Shown here piece by piece: positions 17,450 to 28,755 of a stretch of 64,000 bases of DNA. The notes beneath the pieces are model-generated. The model searched no databases. It was given only the letters and a program-made list of their open reading frames with translations, and was not told the DNA's origin. Source of the stretch: Bacteroidota bacterium (GTDB lineage: Bacteria; Bacteroidota; Bacteroidia; NS11-12g; UBA9320); NCBI GenBank assembly GCA_947468275.1, contig CANIKO010000010.1:13114-77113 (forward strand), given 5' to 3'. The position numbers and the translations under genes were made by a program. Numbering within the stretch: position 1 is the first letter of the stretch; each line of letters begins with the position of its first letter.

Positions 17450-18934
17450 ATGCGGATACTAGCATTTCTTATTTTTTGTTTTCCGGTTCTTTTGTTGGCA
17501 CAAGACAAAGAACCCATTACTATTAACAACGCCGATTATCTGGATTTTAATAAAAACTATGCCAATGCTGAGCGCTTGGTAGGCCATGTGAGTATGAGCC
17601 AAGGCAATATGACCCTAACCTGCGACAGTGCCTGGTTTTGGAAAGATGAAAACAAAATGGAAGCGTTTGGTCATGCGTTTTTAAACCAATCGGGAGGAAC
17701 CATGGTGTGGAGCGACTACATGTTGTATAACGGCAATACCAAAATGGCCAGCGCCCAGCGCAATGTGAGAATGACTGACGGAAAAATGAGCCTAACCACA
17801 GATGCCATTCAATACGATGTAACCAATAAAATAGCCTATTATACCACCGGTGGAAATATTAAAGATGGCGAAAATACCATGACCAGCCGCTCGGGAAGTT
17901 ATTATTCCAAAAGCCGGGAGTATTTTTTTAAAGGAAAAATAAAATTGGTAAACCCCGAATATACAATGACAAGTGATACCTTGAATTATAACGGAAATAC
18001 AGAAACCGCTTATTTCTTTGGGCCAACGTATATAACAAGTACCGATAATCTTCTTTTTTGCAACTATGGCTGGTATGATACCAAAAAAAATACCTGTCAG
18101 TTTAGCAAACGAGCCTATATATTGAGTAAGGAAAACCGAATTGATTCAGACAGTTTTTTATACAATCGCAATACGGGCATTGGTCGGGCATTTGGAAATA
18201 TTACCTTGACCGATACGGTTCAAAAAATTGTAATTAAAGGCAAAAAAGGAATTCACAAGCGCTTTGAAAAAACTACTTTGGTTAGCGGGAATGCTATAGC
18301 CTTTAAAAAACTAGAAGATGATTCTCTGTTTATAAAAGCCGATTATTTTTTTGATAAACTGGATACTGCCAGCAAAAAAAGAACTTTAGCAGCTTATGGT
18401 GGTGCCAAAATTTTTAAACCTGATTTGCAAGGAATGGCGGATAGTTTAAGTTATTCTTTAACCGATTCGGTCATTCGGTTTTTTAAAGAACCTGTACTAT
18501 GGAACGAAGCCAATCAAACCACCGGCGATACTATTTTTATTTTTCAGAAAGGAAAAACCATTGACAGAATGGTGGTGTTGCAAAATGCAATGGTGGTAAT
18601 GGAAGATGCCCCGGGATTATACAATCAGATAAAAGGCAAAAAACTGTATGGATTGTTTGCAAAAAACAAATTGTACAGGGTAAATGTGCGTGGCAACGGG
18701 CAAAGTGTGTATTATGCCAAAGAAAATGAAAATAAATATTCGGGTGTAAATTATGTGGAATGCACCAATATGATTATAGCCATTGATTCTAATAAGGTTA
18801 AAAAAGTAACTTTTTTGGTGTCGCCCAAAAGCACCTTTTATCCTATTGATAAATTTCCGGCCGAACGGGCCAAACTTCGGGGGTTTAGCTGGCTGATAGA
18901 AAAACGTCCCAAACGGAAAGATTTCGAGTTTTAG
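17450..18934 (+). CDS. OstA/LptA-like (OstA_2-type) beta-jellyroll protein
   Basis: Likely ATG 17450 after TATCTTTG; LTCDSA, repeated DTLxY strands, LRGFSW..EKRP C-terminus. Confidence 0.85.
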   Translation: MRILAFLIFCFPVLLLAQDKEPITINNADYLDFNKNYANAERLVGHVSMSQGNMTLTCDSAWFWKDENKMEAFGHAFLNQSGGTMVWSDYMLYNGNTKMASAQRNVRMTDGKMSLTTDAIQYDVTNKIAYYTTGGNIKDGENTMTSRSGSYYSKSREYFFKGKIKLVNPEYTMTSDTLNYNGNTETAYFFGPTYITSTDNLLFCNYGWYDTKKNTCQFSKRAYILSKENRIDSDSFLYNRNTGIGRAFGNITLTDTVQKIVIKGKKGIHKRFEKTTLVSGNAIAFKKLEDDSLFIKADYFFDKLDTASKKRTLAAYGGAKIFKPDLQGMADSLSYSLTDSVIRFFKEPVLWNEANQTTGDTIFIFQKGKTIDRMVVLQNAMVVMEDAPGLYNQIKGKKLYGLFAKNKLYRVNVRGNGQSVYYAKENENKYSGVNYVECTNMIIAIDSNKVKKVTFLVSPKSTFYPIDKFPAERAKLRGFSWLIEKRPKRKDFEF

Positions 18935-19052
18935 TTTTGCTAGACCTTTTGCAATGGTTTAAAACCATTAATCCCCATAAACCCAACCCTTCATCGAATG
19001 TTAAAACCAACACCCAAATTTTTTTATTGGTTTGTCCTTTTAAAAAATTATT

Positions 19053-21197
19053 ATGTTCAAAAAACTAGCCTTCTTTTTAGTTCCTTCGCTGCTTGTAGCC
19101 TCCTGCATGACTGATTCAAAAAAAACACCTCCCGTTACTTTCGGAACGCCACCTGTAACTAAATCCGTAAATATATCCGATGATTATTTCGGGACAAAAA
19201 TAGCCGACCCATACCGTTGGCTGGAATATGATACTGCAGCAGATGTGGCCGATTGGGTAAAAAAGCAAAATGAATACACCTACGGATATTTAAAGCAAAT
19301 ACCGTATCGAGATAAAATAAAAGCACGATTGGAAAAAATTTGGAACTATGCCAAATACAGCAGCCCCTTTAAAAAAGGCGATAATTATTTCTTTTATAAA
19401 AATGATGGCCTGCAAAACCAAAGCGTTTTGTATATCCAAAAAGGACTGAAAGCCGAACCTAAAGTATTACTTGACCCAAACACTTTATCTAAGGATGGAA
19501 CAGTTTCATTGGGCGGAATTTCATTCAGTCACGACAATAAATACATGGCCTATAGCCTCGGAAAAGCTGGCAGCGACTGGCAGGATATATATGTGATGGA
19601 AGTGGACAACGGCAAAACATTAGCCGACAATGTAGAGTGGACAAAATTTGGCGGAGCCAGCTGGAGAGGCAATGGTTTTTACTACAGCCGCTATGACAAG
19701 CCGGCCAGTGGCAGCGGATTATCCGAAGCTAATAAATATCAAAAAGTATATTTTCATCAAATAGGACAAGCCCAGGAAAAAGACCTTTTGGTGTATCAGG
19801 ATGCCAAATATCCGTTGCGCTATTACTGGCCATCCGTTACAGAGGATGAAGATTATTTATTTATAAATATTTCGGAAGGAACCAGCGGTGGCGAAATTTG
19901 GTTTGCCGACCTTAAAAATGGAAAAGACACCGATTTGAAACTTTTGGTAAAAGGTTTTGAAAACAACCCAGGAGTGGTAGAAACCCTGAACGGAAAAATA
20001 CTGGTAATGACCGACCACAATGCTCCAAAGTATAAATTAGTAGCTATTGACCCAAAAAATACAGCCATTGAAAACTGGCAAACTGTAATACCCGAAGGAA
20101 AACATTTGCTGGAATGGGTAAGTTTGGTAGGTAATAAATTTTTTGCAGGCTATCAGCAGGATGTGAGCAGCCATATTTACCAATACAGCCTAGAAGGAAA
20201 ACAAGAAAAAGAAATAGACTTGCCGGGTATTGGAACAGCCGGTGGTTTTGGTGGAAGCAAAAAAGATATGGAAACATTTTATCAGTTTACTTCCTTTACC
20301 GTTCCCAATATTATTAACCGTTATGATATTGCAACCGGGAAATCGGATTTATTTAAAACTATTGATTTTCCAACGGATTTAAACGGCTATGAAACCAAAC
20401 AGGTTTTTTACCCAAGCAAAGACGGAACAAAAGTCCCTATGTTTATTATTAGCAAAAAAGGTTTAAATTTAGATGGAACAAACCCTACGGTTTTATACGG
20501 TTATGGTGGATTTAATATCAGTATTACTCCATCCTTTAGCACCAGCAATATTGTGTTTTTGGAACAAGGCGGTGTGTATGCTATAGCCAACCTTAGAGGT
20601 GGAGGTGAGTATGGCGAAGACTGGCACAAAGCTGGAATGCTTGAAAAAAAGCAAACTGTATTTAATGATTTTATAGCTGCTGCCGAATATCTTATAAAAG
20701 AAAAATATACCTCTAGCAATAAACTGGCTATAAAAGGGCGAAGCAATGGCGGATTGTTAGTTGGTGTAGTAATGACCCAACGTCCCGATTTATTTAAAGT
20801 AGCCTTGCCGGGAGTAGGTGTTTTGGATATGTTGCGTTATCACAAAAGCACAGTTGGCTGGGGTTGGGCCGTAGAATATGGTAAAAGCGATGTAAAAGCA
20901 GAGTTTGATTATTTAATAAAATATTCACCACTTCATAATATTAAGGATAGCGTGAAATACCCTGCCACCTTAGTAACCACTGGTGATCATGACGATAGGG
21001 TCGTTCCTTCTCACTCCTTTAAATTTATAGCTACATTGCAAGCCAAGGCGTCAGTCAATAACCGAGCCACCCCTTACATGGTTAGAATTGATACCAACGC
21101 AGGACACGGAGCCGGTAAACCCACTTCAAAACTGATAGAGGAAGAAGCCGATGTCTGGTCGTTTGTAATGTATAACCTAGGAATGAACTTGGAATAA
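19053..21197 (+). CDS. Prolyl oligopeptidase (S9A), lipoprotein
   Basis: DPYRWLE, GRSNGGLL, DHDDRV, GHGAGKP. Confidence 0.95.
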   Translation: MFKKLAFFLVPSLLVASCMTDSKKTPPVTFGTPPVTKSVNISDDYFGTKIADPYRWLEYDTAADVADWVKKQNEYTYGYLKQIPYRDKIKARLEKIWNYAKYSSPFKKGDNYFFYKNDGLQNQSVLYIQKGLKAEPKVLLDPNTLSKDGTVSLGGISFSHDNKYMAYSLGKAGSDWQDIYVMEVDNGKTLADNVEWTKFGGASWRGNGFYYSRYDKPASGSGLSEANKYQKVYFHQIGQAQEKDLLVYQDAKYPLRYYWPSVTEDEDYLFINISEGTSGGEIWFADLKNGKDTDLKLLVKGFENNPGVVETLNGKILVMTDHNAPKYKLVAIDPKNTAIENWQTVIPEGKHLLEWVSLVGNKFFAGYQQDVSSHIYQYSLEGKQEKEIDLPGIGTAGGFGGSKKDMETFYQFTSFTVPNIINRYDIATGKSDLFKTIDFPTDLNGYETKQVFYPSKDGTKVPMFIISKKGLNLDGTNPTVLYGYGGFNISITPSFSTSNIVFLEQGGVYAIANLRGGGEYGEDWHKAGMLEKKQTVFNDFIAAAEYLIKEKYTSSNKLAIKGRSNGGLLVGVVMTQRPDLFKVALPGVGVLDMLRYHKSTVGWGWAVEYGKSDVKAEFDYLIKYSPLHNIKDSVKYPATLVTTGDHDDRVVPSHSFKFIATLQAKASVNNRATPYMVRIDTNAGHGAGKPTSKLIEEEADVWSFVMYNLGMNLE

Positions 21198-21428
21198 GCT
21201 GAAAGTGAACAGCTAAAAAAGTAATAAGTTAAAAGGTTTAGTAGAATAAAAGTCTTTAAATAGCTTATTTCCTTTGTTTTTTAACTATTTGCCAAATTCC
21301 ACCCTTATAATATGGTTTGTTTAACACATAATTGTAAAAAGACTTAAAAGTGAGAGTTTTGACAATTGTTGAGGGGTTTATCCTGATCTATATTCCTCTA
21401 TATTTGGAAAATATTTTTAAAGGGGTTT

Positions 21429-22463
21429 ATGAAAAATAAAATAAGTTATTCCATAACTATAGCTTTAGTTATTGTGAGTTGTGGATTAACCTATCTAATT
21501 GAAGAATATATTCATCACTATATAAACCAAGCAACGAATAAAACCATAGCCCTCATTGAAGAAACCAATTCTACTGAGAGTTCAGAACTTAACCCGAGTT
21601 CAATAAAAAGATTTAGATTTATTAAGCCGCATATTTTATTTGACCTTAAATACGAATCTCCCACATTTAACGGGTTAAAATTAAAAATTAAAAATTACAT
21701 TGAAATTCTTAAAAAAGATCATAAGCTAATTAATGCTTCGGTATATCTGCGTTATTATGGACATGGAACTCAAATGAGCCTTAATCCTAACGAAACCTAT
21801 AGTCCAGGTTCATTGTTTAAGGTCGTCAATTTGATCCTATATCTTAAGTGGAGCGAACAAAATCCGGGATTGTTGGATAAAAAAATGGTTTACAATACCC
21901 CGAATTATCCTATTCCTGTTCAAACCTTTAATTCAAGGCAAATTGAAACAGGAAAAGAATATACAATAAAAGAGTTACTTAAATATATGGTTGAATACTC
22001 AGATAATAAAGCTACAACTTGGTTGGTGGCAAATATGGGAAGCGACCTTTACTTTAAAATGATGAATGAACTTCATATTCCAATGTCTCATACAAAAGAG
22101 GGTTTGCCTATTATGTCAGCTTCTCAATATTCGCAAATTATTAGAATATTATATCGTTCAACATACTTGAACAATGACAATTCGGAATTCGCCCTTAGTT
22201 TATTAAATCAAAGTGATTTTAGTTTGGGGTTGGTAAAAGGACTGCCTGATAATGTGAGTGTGGCCCATAAATTTGGAGAAGCAGGAACAAAGCGTCAACC
22301 TGAACTGCATGAAAGCGGATTGGTTTATATGGATTATGGTCCTTACCTTGTTACCATTATGACCAAAGGCTATAAAACAACCGACCTTCCTTTAGTAATT
22401 AGCACTATATCCAGAATGGTGTATGATGACATTTCGCTAAAAGAAGAGGCACCCTCCAATTAG
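21429..22463 (+). CDS. Membrane-anchored serine hydrolase, class A beta-lactamase-like fold
   Basis: N-terminal TM; SLFK (SxxK), SDN, HKFG motifs. Confidence 0.8.
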   Translation: MKNKISYSITIALVIVSCGLTYLIEEYIHHYINQATNKTIALIEETNSTESSELNPSSIKRFRFIKPHILFDLKYESPTFNGLKLKIKNYIEILKKDHKLINASVYLRYYGHGTQMSLNPNETYSPGSLFKVVNLILYLKWSEQNPGLLDKKMVYNTPNYPIPVQTFNSRQIETGKEYTIKELLKYMVEYSDNKATTWLVANMGSDLYFKMMNELHIPMSHTKEGLPIMSASQYSQIIRILYRSTYLNNDNSEFALSLLNQSDFSLGLVKGLPDNVSVAHKFGEAGTKRQPELHESGLVYMDYGPYLVTIMTKGYKTTDLPLVISTISRMVYDDISLKEEAPSN

Positions 22464-22616
22464 GGATTTTGACTATTACTTTAGTCGCGGCAATTCAATA
22501 TTTTGTTTTAAATCTTTAATGGATTTTTTTGGTTTCCTCAAAAATACACTCTCACCCTCAGGCAAATCTCAAATAACCGCTTCGCAATTATTATCTTTGC
22601 CCCCTAAATAGTTAAG

Positions 22617-23609
22617 GTGGTAAAAATTGGCAACATACAATTGGGTGAATTTCCCTTATTGCTGGCTCCTATGGAGGATGTAAGTGACCCTCCGTTTCGT
22701 GCCGTTTGCAAGGCTAACGGAGCCGACCTTATGTATACTGAGTTTATTTCATCTGAAGGTCTTATCCGCGATGCTGCAAAGAGCCGCAAAAAGCTTGATA
22801 TTTTTGAATACGAACGCCCAATTGGTATACAACTTTTTGGAAGTGATATAGAAAGCATGAGTGAAGCGGCCAGAATTGCTACATTGGTAAATCCTGATTT
22901 GATAGATATAAATTATGGATGTCCAGTAAAAGCTGTGGCATGTAAAGGCGCAGGTGCTGCATTGTTGCAAGATGTTCCAAAAATGGTGGCAATGACTAAA
23001 GCCGTTATTGACAGTACACATTTACCGGTTACAGTAAAAACGCGTTTGGGTTGGGATGAATCGACCAAAAATATTGTTGAAGTAGCAGAGCGATTACAAG
23101 ATATTGGGATTAGTGCATTGAGTATTCATGGCCGAACACGAGTGCAGCTTTATAAAGGCGATGCTGATTGGACGTTAATAGGTAAGGTTAAAAATAATCC
23201 AAGGATTCAGATTCCGATATTTGGTAATGGGGATGTGGATAGCCCCGAAAAGGCGTTTGAATTAAAAAATCGCTATGGAGTGGATGGTGTAATGATTGGT
23301 CGAGCTTCAATTGGAAATCCCTGGATTTTTAGAGAGGTAAAATACTTTATGAAACATGGTGAACACATGCAAGGCCCCACAGTTCATGAACGCGTTGCGG
23401 CCTGTAAACAACATCTTTTAGAGGCAGTAAAATGGAAAAACCCAAAAGTGGGCATATTAGAAATGCGACGCCATTATTCCAATTATTTTAAGGGGTTTCC
23501 GCATTTTAAGGATACCCGAATGAAGTTAGTTTTATCAGAAGATTTACAGGAAATAATGCAAATATTAGATAACATTGAACTAGGAATATTTGAAATGGAG
23601 GTTGTGTAA
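22617..23609 (+). CDS. dusB: tRNA dihydrouridine synthase DusB
   Basis: LAPMEDVSD, DINYGCPV, HGRTR, GVMIGRA. Confidence 0.93.
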   Translation: MVKIGNIQLGEFPLLLAPMEDVSDPPFRAVCKANGADLMYTEFISSEGLIRDAAKSRKKLDIFEYERPIGIQLFGSDIESMSEAARIATLVNPDLIDINYGCPVKAVACKGAGAALLQDVPKMVAMTKAVIDSTHLPVTVKTRLGWDESTKNIVEVAERLQDIGISALSIHGRTRVQLYKGDADWTLIGKVKNNPRIQIPIFGNGDVDSPEKAFELKNRYGVDGVMIGRASIGNPWIFREVKYFMKHGEHMQGPTVHERVAACKQHLLEAVKWKNPKVGILEMRRHYSNYFKGFPHFKDTRMKLVLSEDLQEIMQILDNIELGIFEMEVV

Positions 23610-23645
23610 TTAAGAATTGAGAATTAGAAATATAAAATTTAACAT

Positions 23646-26330
23646 TTGAAAGAAATACACCAATACATGCGCCTCAGTGGACTTGAGCCGCTGATAGTTA
23701 CCCCACAGACCAATTTTATGAATATTGGGGAACGAACCAATATTACAGGATCCAAACAGTTTGCTCGGCTTATTTTAAATGAAAAATATGATGAGGCTGT
23801 TTCTGTTGCTCGTCAACAGGTAGAAAATGGAGCTCAGGTAATTGATATAAATATGGATGAAGGAATGTTGGACGGGGTAGCTGCCATGACTAAATTTATA
23901 AATCTGATAGCCGCTGAACCCGATATTTGCAAAGTTCCTATTATGGTGGATAGTTCCAAATGGGAAATAATAGAAGCCGGATTGCAGTGCATGCAAGGAA
24001 AAGGAATTGTAAATTCAATTAGTTTAAAAGGGGGAGAGGAAGAATTTATACGTCAGGCGAAATTGGTAAAACGCTATGGCGCTGCAGCAGTAGTCATGGC
24101 TTTTGACGAACAAGGTCAGGCCGATAGTTATGAACGTCGAATTGAAATATGTCAAAGATGTTATGATATTTTAACAAAAAAAGTAAAATTCCCAGCAGAG
24201 GATATCATTTTTGACCCCAATATTTTAACGGTAGCCACAGGAATGGATGAGCATAATAATTATGCGGTTGATTACATTCGAGCGACCAAATGGATAAAAG
24301 AAAATCTCCCATATGTGAAGGTCAGCGGAGGTGTAAGCAATATTTCGTTTTCATTTAGAGGAAACGACCCAGTTAGGGAAGCTATGCATTCCGCATTTTT
24401 ATACCACGCCATTCAGGCAGGGATGGATATGGGTATTGTAAATGCTGGAATGATTGAGGTTTATGATGAAATTCCAAAGGATCTACTCGAAAGAGTTGAG
24501 GATGTTTTGCTAAACCGCAGATCAGATGCAACTGAACGATTAATCGAATTTGCTGAAACTGTAAAAGCAAAAGGTAAAAAGGAAGAGGAAGTTTTAGAGT
24601 GGAGAAATGCAAGTGTTGAAGAACGTTTAAAACATGCCTTGATTAAAGGAATTACTGATTTTATTGATGAAGATACTGAAGAAGCCAGAGTAAAACTTGG
24701 TAAACCACTTTTGGTAATAGAAGGTCCTCTAATGGCCGGAATGAACGTTGTGGGGGATTTGTTTGGCAGCGGTAAGATGTTTTTACCTCAAGTAGTAAAA
24801 AGTGCCCGTGTGATGAAAAAATCGGTGGCCTATTTGGAACCGTATTTATTAGAAGAAAAGGAAAGACTTATAGCCTTAGGTGGAGAACGAAAGGAAGACA
24901 GAGGAGCAGGAAGAGTTTTGATGGCCACAGTAAAAGGCGATGTTCATGATATTGGAAAAAATATAGTAGGAGTGGTGCTAGCATGCAACAATTATGAAAT
25001 AGTTGATTTGGGTGTAATGGTGAGTTGTGAAACTATTTTGCAAAAAGCCCGTGAAATTAATGTTGATATTATTGGTTTAAGTGGATTGATAACCCCAAGT
25101 TTGGATGAGATGGTTCACGTAGCAAAAGAAATGCAACGACAAGGATTTACAACTCCTTTGTTGATAGGTGGAGCCACCACCTCTCGTATTCATGCGGCTG
25201 TAAAAATAGCTCCTGAATATGATGGGCCAATGGTTCATGTCTTAGATGCTAGCAGAAGTGTTCCTGTGGCTGGTAACTTATTAAGTCCAGAAACTAAAGA
25301 GGAGTTTGCTAAAAAAATTAAGGCCGAATATAAAGTGCTCTCAGAAAATCATGCTTTACGTCAATTGGACAAAAATATTTTAACCCTTGAACAAGCAAGA
25401 GCGAATAAATTAATTATTGACGAAACAAAGTTAGAGAAGCCAAATTTTTTAGGAGTTAAAATTTTAAAGGATTTTGATCTTGCCGTTTTAAGAGAAGTAA
25501 TAGATTGGACGCCATTTTTCCAAACATGGGAACTTGCAGGTAAATACCCTAAAATTTTAAGCGATGTTTTGGTCGGAGCCGAGGCCACTCAACTTTTTAC
25601 GGAAGTAAATGCTCTAATGGATAAACTGATCGCTGGTAAACAGTTTACCGCCAACGCGGTTTTTGGAATTTTTCCTGCAGAATCTAAGGGAGATGATGTG
25701 ATAATTTTTAAAGATGAAACTCGTTTGGAGCCTTTAGAAACCTTTAATTTTTTGCGCCAGCAAAGGCAAATGGGACTAGGAATTCCAAATATCTGCTTGA
25801 GTGATTTCGTGGCGCAAAAAAATGATTATATAGGATTATTTGCCGTAACAGCAGGTATTGGAATAGATGAGTTGGCCAAGGAATACGAGAAGGATCATGA
25901 CGATTACCATAGTATAATGGTGAAAGCAATCGGTGACCGTTTTGCAGAAGCCTTTGCCGAATATCTACATAAATTGATGAGGACAGAATATTGGGGTTAT
26001 GCTAAAGAAGAAAATTTAACAAATGATGAGTTAATAAAAGAGTCATATCAAGGAATTCGTCCAGCGCCAGGCTATCCGGCTTGCCCAGAGCATTCAGAGA
26101 AGGTTAAATTGTTTCGTTTGTTGAGTGCTAAAGAAAGTGTCGGAATTGAGCTTACAGATAGTTTTGCGATGTTTCCAGCCGCATCCGTTTCAGGTTTTTA
26201 TTTTGCAAATTCACAAAGCAAATATTTTGCAGTTGGCCGTATTGGTAAAGATCAGGTTGCTGATTATGCCGAACGAAAAGGATTACAGATTGAGCAAGCA
26301 GAAAGACTTTTAGGTCCATTATTATTTTAA
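23646..26330 (+). CDS. metH: Methionine synthase, pterin-binding + cobalamin-binding + SAM-activation part
   Basis: [21 protein letters not shown] (DxHxxG), [12 protein letters not shown]; lacks the Hcy domain. Confidence 0.95.
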   Translation: MKEIHQYMRLSGLEPLIVTPQTNFMNIGERTNITGSKQFARLILNEKYDEAVSVARQQVENGAQVIDINMDEGMLDGVAAMTKFINLIAAEPDICKVPIMVDSSKWEIIEAGLQCMQGKGIVNSISLKGGEEEFIRQAKLVKRYGAAAVVMAFDEQGQADSYERRIEICQRCYDILTKKVKFPAEDIIFDPNILTVATGMDEHNNYAVDYIRATKWIKENLPYVKVSGGVSNISFSFRGNDPVREAMHSAFLYHAIQAGMDMGIVNAGMIEVYDEIPKDLLERVEDVLLNRRSDATERLIEFAETVKAKGKKEEEVLEWRNASVEERLKHALIKGITDFIDEDTEEARVKLGKPLLVIEGPLMAGMNVVGDLFGSGKMFLPQVVKSARVMKKSVAYLEPYLLEEKERLIALGGERKEDRGAGRVLMATVKGDVHDIGKNIVGVVLACNNYEIVDLGVMVSCETILQKAREINVDIIGLSGLITPSLDEMVHVAKEMQRQGFTTPLLIGGATTSRIHAAVKIAPEYDGPMVHVLDASRSVPVAGNLLSPETKEEFAKKIKAEYKVLSENHALRQLDKNILTLEQARANKLIIDETKLEKPNFLGVKILKDFDLAVLREVIDWTPFFQTWELAGKYPKILSDVLVGAEATQLFTEVNALMDKLIAGKQFTANAVFGIFPAESKGDDVIIFKDETRLEPLETFNFLRQQRQMGLGIPNICLSDFVAQKNDYIGLFAVTAGIGIDELAKEYEKDHDDYHSIMVKAIGDRFAEAFAEYLHKLMRTEYWGYAKEENLTNDELIKESYQGIRPAPGYPACPEHSEKVKLFRLLSAKESVGIELTDSFAMFPAASVSGFYFANSQSKYFAVGRIGKDQVADYAERKGLQIEQAERLLGPLLF

Positions 26331-26514
26331 AATTTATTATTCATTCCTGAGTGATATTTAGAAAGGGTTTTCCCGCAAAATTATAACTCATTCCTAAATG
26401 AAAACTAGGTGTGTTAGGTTGTATTTAAATCAATCTCTGAATTTGAAAATTACCCAAAGGAACGTTAAAAATAAAGTTGAGTAAACTAGTTTAGTATCAA
26501 AAAATTAATATAAT

Positions 26515-26549
26515 AAAAAAACCCGCTTCTATTAGAAGCGGGTTTTTTT
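26515..26549. terminator. Bidirectional intrinsic terminator
   Basis: A-run ACCCGCTTCT-ATT-AGAAGCGGGT T-run between convergent genes. Confidence 0.85.
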
Positions 26550-26572
26550 ATTATATTAATTTAGTAAATGAA

Positions 26573-27430
26573 TTAATCGAAGGCTTTATTTTCGCCTAAT
26601 TTAACACGTTGCACATTTTCAATATAAGGAGCACTTACACTTTTGAAATAAACATAAGCTACAACATCAACAGTAGAAATATCTATTCCAGCTAAGTCTA
26701 CATCATAGCTATATTCACTTAATGAACCAGCTTTCATGTTAGCAGGATCAATAACTGTTCCTGTCATAGTACCTAAAGCTTTCATAAATACATGACCATG
26801 CTCATAATTTAAAATTGGATTTCCTTTGCCAAATAATGCGTGACCAGATGTTCCATTATATCCATTAGCTTGATCCCATCCAGAACCAGATCCTTTCATC
26901 ATTTTGTTTACCAAATAACCAATTACATAATATTTACCGGCAGGTAAATCAGCAGCACCTACACCAACCTTAACTTTTACGTTAAACTTGTTTACGCCAG
27001 TTGATTTAGAAGCATCAATAGATAGTCCACATTTTGCATCAGATGTTGTAACGTCACTACATTTTGCATCCCATTGGTCGCGTCCTACACATTTTCCAGT
27101 TATACGGTTAACAGCACCAGTAGGGTTACCTGCAGACCAAGCATCAGAAAAGGCTTTACTATCATCGCTAGCCATACCATCAGCACCTTGATAAAGGTTG
27201 TGCATAGATACATCATAAACTACGTCAGCACCATATTTAGTTTCCACTTTTGCTGCATAAATTTCACCATCAGGGCAATAAGGACATCCTGCACAAGTCG
27301 TCCATTCAATTAAAGCTTTTGCTGTGTAAGTTGCAGGGGCCTTGGTAACTGTTCCAGGGTCGTCTGTTTTCTTTTTGCAAGAAAAAAGGGCTAAACTAGC
27401 AATTGTTGCTAATACGAATAATTTTTTCAT
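26573..27430 (-). CDS. Omp28-related lipoprotein
   Basis: Lipobox LFS-C-KKKTDD; EWTTCAGCPYCP; YEHGHV. Confidence 0.8.
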   Translation of the reverse strand: MKKLFVLATIASLALFSCKKKTDDPGTVTKAPATYTAKALIEWTTCAGCPYCPDGEIYAAKVETKYGADVVYDVSMHNLYQGADGMASDDSKAFSDAWSAGNPTGAVNRITGKCVGRDQWDAKCSDVTTSDAKCGLSIDASKSTGVNKFNVKVKVGVGAADLPAGKYYVIGYLVNKMMKGSGSGWDQANGYNGTSGHALFGKGNPILNYEHGHVFMKALGTMTGTVIDPANMKAGSLSEYSYDVDLAGIDISTVDVVAYVYFKSVSAPYIENVQRVKLGENKAFD

Positions 27431-27474
27431 TTTTATGTTTTTATAATTTAGAATTCAAATGTATATTTTATTTT

Positions 27475-28641
27475 TTAAAAATTCCAACTCAATGTCTCAT
27501 TTCTGTAAAAAATCGACAAAATTTTACCATCGGCCGGTTTACAGTAACCAATAACTTGACTTTCAATGCCAAATGAGGATGAAATTTCAATGATTTTTTC
27601 TGCAGTTTTTCTGTCAGTATAAATTTCCATTCGATGGCCCATATTAAATACCTCAAACATTTCTTTAGAAGAAGTACTGGTCGTTTCTTGTATGGTTTTA
27701 AATAATGGAGGCACCGGGAATAAATTATCTTTTACTATCTCCAATTGATCAACAAATTTCATAACTTTGGTTTGAGCACCGCCTGTACAGTGAATTATAC
27801 CATTAATTTGTTTGCGATAGTTTTTTATTACCTCTTTTAGTAGTGGGGCATAAGTTCGGGTTGGTGATAAAATTGCCTTACCAATAGATATTTCAGTTTC
27901 AGGTAATGGATCTGTTAATTTAAAATTGCCGGTATAAAAATAGTCACTTTCGGCTATTGAATCAAAACTTTCAGGGTATTTTGATTTATAAGTTTCATTT
28001 AATATATCGTGTCTTGCCGAAGTAAGGCCATTGCTACCCATGCCGGCATTATATTCCGTTTCATAATTTGCTTTTCCATAGGAGGCTAACCCGACAATAA
28101 CATCGTCAGGCTGTATATTAATTTCAATGACATCCTCGCGTTTAAGTCGGGCGGCAAAGGTTGAATCAACTATGACGGTTCTAACTAAATCTCCAACATC
28201 TGCAGTTTCGCCACCCATGTTGTGAATATTAATTCCAAATTCTCTCATCGATTGACAAAAGGCTTCAGTGCCATTGATAATTTCAGCTACTACCTCACCT
28301 GGAATTTTGAATTTATTTCGACCTAATGTGCTAGACAACAAAAAATTATCGGTGGCTCCAACACAAAGCATATCGTCAAGATTCATAACCAAAGCATCCT
28401 GCGAGATGCCTCTCCAGACACTTATATCACCTGTTTCTTTCCAATAAAGGTAAGCTAAACTTGATTTAGTGCCGGCTCCATCTGCATGCATTATATTGCA
28501 CCATTCGGTATCATTGCCAAGATAATCTGGTGTTAGCTTGCAAAATGCGTTAGGAAAAAGACCTTTATCAAGGTTTTTTATGGCATTATGAACATCTTCT
28601 TTTTGCGATGAAACACCGCGCTTTAAATAACGATCGGACAT
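27475..28641 (-). CDS. purM: Phosphoribosylformylglycinamidine cyclo-ligase (AIR synthase, Bacteroidota type)
   Basis: HADGAGTKS, MNLDD, GGETADVGD, HCTGG, FNMGHRMEIY. Confidence 0.92.
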   Translation of the reverse strand: MSDRYLKRGVSSQKEDVHNAIKNLDKGLFPNAFCKLTPDYLGNDTEWCNIMHADGAGTKSSLAYLYWKETGDISVWRGISQDALVMNLDDMLCVGATDNFLLSSTLGRNKFKIPGEVVAEIINGTEAFCQSMREFGINIHNMGGETADVGDLVRTVIVDSTFAARLKREDVIEINIQPDDVIVGLASYGKANYETEYNAGMGSNGLTSARHDILNETYKSKYPESFDSIAESDYFYTGNFKLTDPLPETEISIGKAILSPTRTYAPLLKEVIKNYRKQINGIIHCTGGAQTKVMKFVDQLEIVKDNLFPVPPLFKTIQETTSTSSKEMFEVFNMGHRMEIYTDRKTAEKIIEISSSFGIESQVIGYCKPADGKILSIFYRNETLSWNF

Positions 28642-28701
28642 GAGAAAAGCAAAGGTAATTCTATTTGAGTTGTTAGATTTATGATTTTAACTTTATGGAA
28701 T

Positions 28702-28739
28702 AAAAAAACCGTTTGAAATGGTTTCAAACGGTTTTTTTT
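28702..28739 (-). terminator. Intrinsic terminator
   Basis: AAAAAAACCGTTTGAAA-TGG-TTTCAAACGGTTTTTTT. Confidence 0.85.
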
Positions 28740-28755
28740 AATGTGATTTCTTATT

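Noticed and set aside
18953..18969. AATGGTTT-A-AAACCATT palindrome as a REP of a RAYT/IS200-like element
   Set aside because: Single short copy; could equally be a weak terminator or chance
21429..22463. Class A beta-lactamase resistance gene
   Set aside because: Has SxxK and SDN but KFG instead of KTG, no recognisable Glu166 omega-loop motif, and an N-terminal anchor; better called a serine hydrolase of unknown substrate
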